A DNA stretch of 64,000 nt, from positions 2,944,001 to 3,008,000 of the forward strand of contig OY970342.1 of the NCBI GenBank assembly GCA_963717505.1, in the 5' to 3' direction. The first letter of the stretch is position 1, and every line of letters starts with the position of its first letter. The DNA comes from Candidatus Eiseniibacteriota bacterium. Its GTDB lineage: Bacteria; Eisenbacteria; RBG-16-71-46. Below, one piece after another: positions 60,226 through 64,000 of this stretch. A program made the translations under genes and the position numbers. The notes under the pieces were generated by a model. That model saw only the letters and a list, made by a program, of their open reading frames with translations. It ran no database searches and was not told where the DNA came from.

Positions 60226-60845
60226 ACGGAGCCCGCTGGGTCCTGGTCGTCGCCGCGATACTCGGTGTGGCGGGACTTCGCGAGGCGTCGGCTGCGGATG
60301 ACGTCATGGGAACTCTCGGCCGGCGTCTGGCGGCGAGCGGACGGGGAGAGGTCTCGTTCGAGCGCACCGCTCCCGATCCGTTTGGTGGCGCGCCGACCCG
60401 GATTGCGGGCCGGCTGGCGCTCGAGCCCCCGGACCAGGCCGAACTCCGGTTTCCGGCGACCGGAGAACGGCTGACCTTGCGCGCCGACGGCGGCGAGTGG
60501 CTCCAACCCGGACTGGAGCAGCTGGTTCGTTTCGAACGACATCATGCGAGCTCGGCGCTGCGCTGGTGGCAGGCGGTGCTCGGCGCTCGTGCCGACGACC
60601 TGGTGCGCCGCTCGGTCGGCAATCGTGAATGGCTCCTGATCGCTCCCGCCGCCAAGGGTATTCCGGCCGACAGCGTTCGCGTTCGGTTCTCGGCCCAGGG
60701 GCTGCCCGAGCGACTCGAAGTCCACGAAGGCTCCGACACGCCGTCGGTCTATGCGTTCGGGGCCTGGAAATTCAGCCGTGCGCGCGGTGCGAGTGCGTTC
60801 GTCGTCGAGGCTCCCAAGGGGTTCGCGGTCGTTCCCGCGCCGTGA
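60222..60845 (+). CDS. LolA-like periplasmic lipoprotein carrier
   Basis: Signal peptide; SFER...GRLALEPPDQAELRF...LRADGGEW...PGLEQL; C-terminal FVVEAPKGFAVV. Confidence 0.7.
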   Translation: MNGARWVLVVAAILGVAGLREASAADDVMGTLGRRLAASGRGEVSFERTAPDPFGGAPTRIAGRLALEPPDQAELRFPATGERLTLRADGGEWLQPGLEQLVRFERHHASSALRWWQAVLGARADDLVRRSVGNREWLLIAPAAKGIPADSVRVRFSAQGLPERLEVHEGSDTPSVYAFGAWKFSRARGASAFVVEAPKGFAVVPAP

Positions 60846-60920
60846 CGCTCGGGTGCCGCCGAACTTCCCGCGGCCGATCTTGACACGTCATGGGGCGTCG
60901 ATGAGACTCGCCGGCTTGTC

Positions 60921-61496
60921 GTGCGCGTGATTGCTGGAACGCTGGGAGGCCGCCGGCTCAAGGCCCCGAGAGGCGCGGACACCCGGCCGACGTCGGACCG
61001 CGTCCGCGAGGCGCTGTTCATGAGCCTCGAACCGCTCGCCGGACTTCGAGTGGTGGACTTGTTCGCCGGCTCGGGCGCCCTCGGGATCGAAGCGTTGTCC
61101 CGGGGAGCCGAGCACGTCGACTTCGTGGAACGGCGACGTCCGGCTCTGGTGGTCCTGCGCGACAATCTGGCGGCGCTGCGCGTCGAGGATCGATCCGGCG
61201 TCTGGGCACTCGATCTGCCGCGGGGGCTCGGCCAACTGGCTGCGGTCCTGGCGGCGGCGGACCTGGTCCTGGCGGATCCGCCTTACGGCGACGATCTGGG
61301 GCGCAGGTGTCTGGCGGCGCTCGGGGCTCCCGGGGTGCTGCCGGATGCGGCGCGAGTCGTGATCGAGCATCACGCCAAGGATTCGCTCCCCGAGACCGCG
61401 GGGGCGCTGCGGCAGGTGCGCGCGCGACGTTATGGCGAGACGCAGGTCACGTTGTATGCATGCGAGCGAAAGGACGGAGGTCCCGATGCCGAGTGA
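60921..61496 (+). CDS. rsmD: 16S rRNA m2G966 methyltransferase
   Basis: MRVIAG...RPTSDRVREALF, DLFAGSGALGIEALSRGA, DPPY, RYGET. Confidence 0.95.
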   Translation: MRVIAGTLGGRRLKAPRGADTRPTSDRVREALFMSLEPLAGLRVVDLFAGSGALGIEALSRGAEHVDFVERRRPALVVLRDNLAALRVEDRSGVWALDLPRGLGQLAAVLAAADLVLADPPYGDDLGRRCLAALGAPGVLPDAARVVIEHHAKDSLPETAGALRQVRARRYGETQVTLYACERKDGGPDAE

Positions 61497-61998
61497 GCGC
61501 GTTGCCTTGTTTCCGGGAACGTTCGACCCCTTCACCAACGGCCACTTCGATCTCACCCGCCGCGCCGCGCGCCTGTTCGATCGGGTGATCATCGCGGTCG
61601 CGCACAACCCGGGCAAGGGAACGCTGTTCACTCCCGAGGAACGGGTCGAGATGATCCAGGTGGCGACGCGCAAGATGCGCCGGGTCGGCGTGGTGGCCTT
61701 CGACGGACTGGTCGTCGAGTGCGCGCGCAAACAGGGCGCCCAGGTGATGATTCGTGGCCTGCGCGCGGTCAGTGATTTCGAGTTCGAATTCCAAATGGCA
61801 CTGATGAACCGGCGCCTGGCGTCCTCGGTCGAAGTGGCGTTCCTGATGCCGAGCCAGCAGTACACGTACCTGAACTCGACGCTGGTCAAGGAAGTGGCGC
61901 GTCTCGGCGGCGTGGTCCGTGGGCTGGTGCCGCGCATCGTCGACGAGCGGCTGCGCGCCAAACTGGGCGGCCGCAAGGCCCCGCGTCGCCGGCGTTGA
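61486..61998 (+). CDS. coaD: Pantetheine-phosphate adenylyltransferase
   Basis: FPGTFDPFTNGH, RGLRAVSDFEFEFQMALMNR, STLVKEVA. Confidence 0.96.
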   Translation: MPSERVALFPGTFDPFTNGHFDLTRRAARLFDRVIIAVAHNPGKGTLFTPEERVEMIQVATRKMRRVGVVAFDGLVVECARKQGAQVMIRGLRAVSDFEFEFQMALMNRRLASSVEVAFLMPSQQYTYLNSTLVKEVARLGGVVRGLVPRIVDERLRAKLGGRKAPRRRR

Positions 61999-63017
61999 GC
62001 GCGATCCTCGACCGGATTCGGCGACAGGCGCAGGCGCGGCCGCAGCGGCTGCTGCTGCCGGAGAGCGAGGATCCGAGGATCCTGCGCGCGGCGGAACGTC
62101 TGGTGCGCGAGCGGGTCGCCTCGGTGGGTCTGGTCGGCGCCCGCGAGGCGACCCGGAACCACGCGCGGCAGGCGGGCGTGGGTTTGTCGGGGATCGAGCT
62201 GGTCGACGCGACTGATCCGGCACTAATCGAGCTGACGTCACGGGCTCTGGCCACGCGGCGCGGGGACCGTCTGTCGGCGGCCGATCGCGAGGGCCTCGCG
62301 CGCGATCCGCTGTTCCAGGCCGCGGCCCGGGTCGCGGCCGGGCAGGCCGACGCCTTCGTCTGCGGCGCGGTGCGCACCACGGCCGACGTGTTGCGCGCGT
62401 CCCTGTGGTTGGTCGGCCTCGCCCCCGGGGGGCGCACGCTGAGCTCGTTCTTCCTCATGGTGCTCGGCGAGGCGCCACGGCCCGAGCGCGTGCTGGTGTT
62501 CGCCGACTGTGGAGTGGTTCCGGACCCGACCCCGGCGCAGCTCGCCGAAATCGCCGGACTCGCGGCCGATCACTTCGCGATCTTGACCGGCGAGATCCCG
62601 CACGTCGCGCTGCTGTCGTTCTCGACGCGCGGGAGTGCTCAGCACCCGCGGGTCGATCGAGTGCGCGAGGCGGTGGCCCTGGCGCGCGCGGCACGCCCCG
62701 ACCTGCACCTCGACGGCGAGCTTCAGGTCGATGCCGCGCTCGACCCGGAGGTCGGCCGCCGCAAGGCCTTAGGCAGCGTGGTGGCCGGGCACGCGAACGT
62801 CCTCATCTTTCCCGATCTCGATTCCGGCAACATCGGTTACAAACTGGTCCAGCGCCTGGGAGGGGCTCGCGCCTACGGGCCGATCCTCATGGGCCTCGCA
62901 CGCCCGGCAAACGACTTGTCTCGCGGCTGCAGCGCCGAGGACGTGGTCGGGGTCGCGACCATTGCGTGCGCGCTGGGCGCGCGATCGGCGGCGCCGCGGC
63001 CGGCGTCCGCATCCTAA
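61995..63017 (+). CDS. pta: Phosphate acetyltransferase (short PTA_PTB form)
   Basis: LPESEDPRIL, FADCGV, ALLSFST, DGELQVDAAL, FPDLDSGNIGYKL, NDLSRGCS. Confidence 0.93.
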   Translation: MSAILDRIRRQAQARPQRLLLPESEDPRILRAAERLVRERVASVGLVGAREATRNHARQAGVGLSGIELVDATDPALIELTSRALATRRGDRLSAADREGLARDPLFQAAARVAAGQADAFVCGAVRTTADVLRASLWLVGLAPGGRTLSSFFLMVLGEAPRPERVLVFADCGVVPDPTPAQLAEIAGLAADHFAILTGEIPHVALLSFSTRGSAQHPRVDRVREAVALARAARPDLHLDGELQVDAALDPEVGRRKALGSVVAGHANVLIFPDLDSGNIGYKLVQRLGGARAYGPILMGLARPANDLSRGCSAEDVVGVATIACALGARSAAPRPASAS

Positions 63018-63030
63018 ACCGAGGAGTTCC

Positions 63031-63342
63031 ATGCCGACCTACACCTATGAATGCTCCGCGGGCCACCGGTTCGAGGAGTTCCATTCCATGACCGACGAGC
63101 GGGTGCGGCGCTGCCCCAAGTGCCGGCGCAAGGCTCGGCGCGTGCCATCAGGCGGCACCGGCCTGCTGTTCAAGGGGTCGGGCTTCTACATTACCGACTA
63201 CCGCAGCAAGTCCTACCGCGAGCGTGCGCAGAAGGAGTCCGGCGGCAAGGAATCGGGCGCCAAGGAGAAGCCCCAGGAGAAACCCAAGAAGGATGGCGGC
63301 TCCGGAGGTGGTGGATCGACGTCGTCCGGTTCCAAGGAATGA
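63031..63342 (+). CDS. FmdB-family zinc ribbon protein
   Basis: GAGGAG RBS; MPTYTYEC..GH.FE...CPKC...FKGSGFYITDY. Confidence 0.92.
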   Translation: MPTYTYECSAGHRFEEFHSMTDERVRRCPKCRRKARRVPSGGTGLLFKGSGFYITDYRSKSYRERAQKESGGKESGAKEKPQEKPKKDGGSGGGGSTSSGSKE

Positions 63343-64000
63343 ATTCCGGGTCGCGCACGTCGCTGGTCGAATCGGTCCTCGAAGCCCACGGTGCCCGGGA
63401 CGACGGCGCCTGGGAGCTGCACCCCGATCACGTCGTGCTCGACGAGGAAGCGGGGGCGTTCGCGACCTGGGTGTTCGCCGACGAGTTGCGGCGACCGGTG
63501 GACGGAGTGCTCGGGCTGGTCGTGGCTGACGGGCGCGGACCCGCAGACGCCGGATTGGCCGGCATCGGAGCCCGGGTCCTCGAGCAACGTTCCCGGCGTG
63601 CGGGCTTTCACTTCACACCGCGCGGAGTCGGTCGCTGCGATCATGTCTACCTCGATCGCCTGGCGGCGCCGGGCCGTCTCGCTCTGGCCGCGGGCGCTGG
63701 GGCATCGGTCGCCGGAGCGGTCGGGAGCCTGTCGCTCGGCGTGAGCGCGCTCGAAGCGGTGGCGGCGGCGGCGGGCGCTCCGGTCGCGGTGGCGGTGCCG
63801 GCGGTGGTCGGCATCGAGCTTCACGGCGCGCTGGGAACCGGCGTCAGCGGCCATGACCTGATCGTCGAAATCGCGCATCGGGGCGTCGATCGAATTCCAG
63901 GCGGGGGAATCCTGGAATTCTCGGGTCCCGGGCTCTCGCGCCTGTCGATGCACGATCGCCTGACCGCGGCGATGAGCGTCGAGGGCGCCGGCGCGAGTGC
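63339..64000 (+). CDS. Aconitase/LeuC-family protein, N-terminal part, catalytic motifs degenerate (3' truncated, not in ORF track)
   Basis: Manual translation includes PDHVVLD, GFHFTPRGVGRCDHVYLDRLAAPG, PAVVGIELHGALGTGVSGHDLI and LEFSGPGLSRLSMHDRLT. Confidence 0.8.
   Translation, partial: MNSGSRTSLVESVLEAHGARDDGAWELHPDHVVLDEEAGAFATWVFADELRRPVDGVLGLVVADGRGPADAGLAGIGARVLEQRSRRAGFHFTPRGVGRCDHVYLDRLAAPGRLALAAGAGASVAGAVGSLSLGVSALEAVAAAAGAPVAVAVPAVVGIELHGALGTGVSGHDLIVEIAHRGVDRIPGGGILEFSGPGLSRLSMHDRLTAAMSVEGAGAS

Overview
High-GC (visually about 70%) chromosomal window from a diderm bacterium. The mix of PorU/PorV, a Myxococcus/Geobacter-type pil cluster and FTCD suggests an FCB-related lineage such as Ca. 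Eisenbacteria; this taxonomy is inference only. Nearly all genes are on the + strand, in this order: (1) a porin / DcaP porin / secreted amidohydrolase / porin cluster with a convergent PAS-GAF sigma54 activator; (2) dnaE, carrying a 449-aa LAGLIDADG intein with an HTH-like insertion, then accA and a Trm112-family gene missing from the ORF track; (3) a ~16.5 kb type IX secretion (T9SS)-like envelope locus (PorU sortase, PorV, a CTD-bearing M6 metalloprotease, two DUF5683-like proteins, an NHL protein, a large barrel with SprA-like motifs, a BamA/TamA protein); (4) dinG-hutH-hutU-hutI-ftcd; (5) TPR, PHP, a 150-bp inverted-repeat element, an ECF S component, a porin and comEA; (6) pilBTCSR, an ABC/pilGHI-like trio and pilMNOPQ, with no pilin; (7) aroK, a LolB-like/LolA pair, rsmD, coaD, pta, an FmdB-family gene and a catalytically degenerate aconitase homolog running off the end. 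Three zones (about 6.9-9.1, 30.3-37.3 and 44.4-50.7 kb) are dense with single-base indels that look like consensus errors, not true pseudogenes. No rRNA, tRNA or CRISPR array was seen. All family assignments are from motif recognition by eye; no searches were run.
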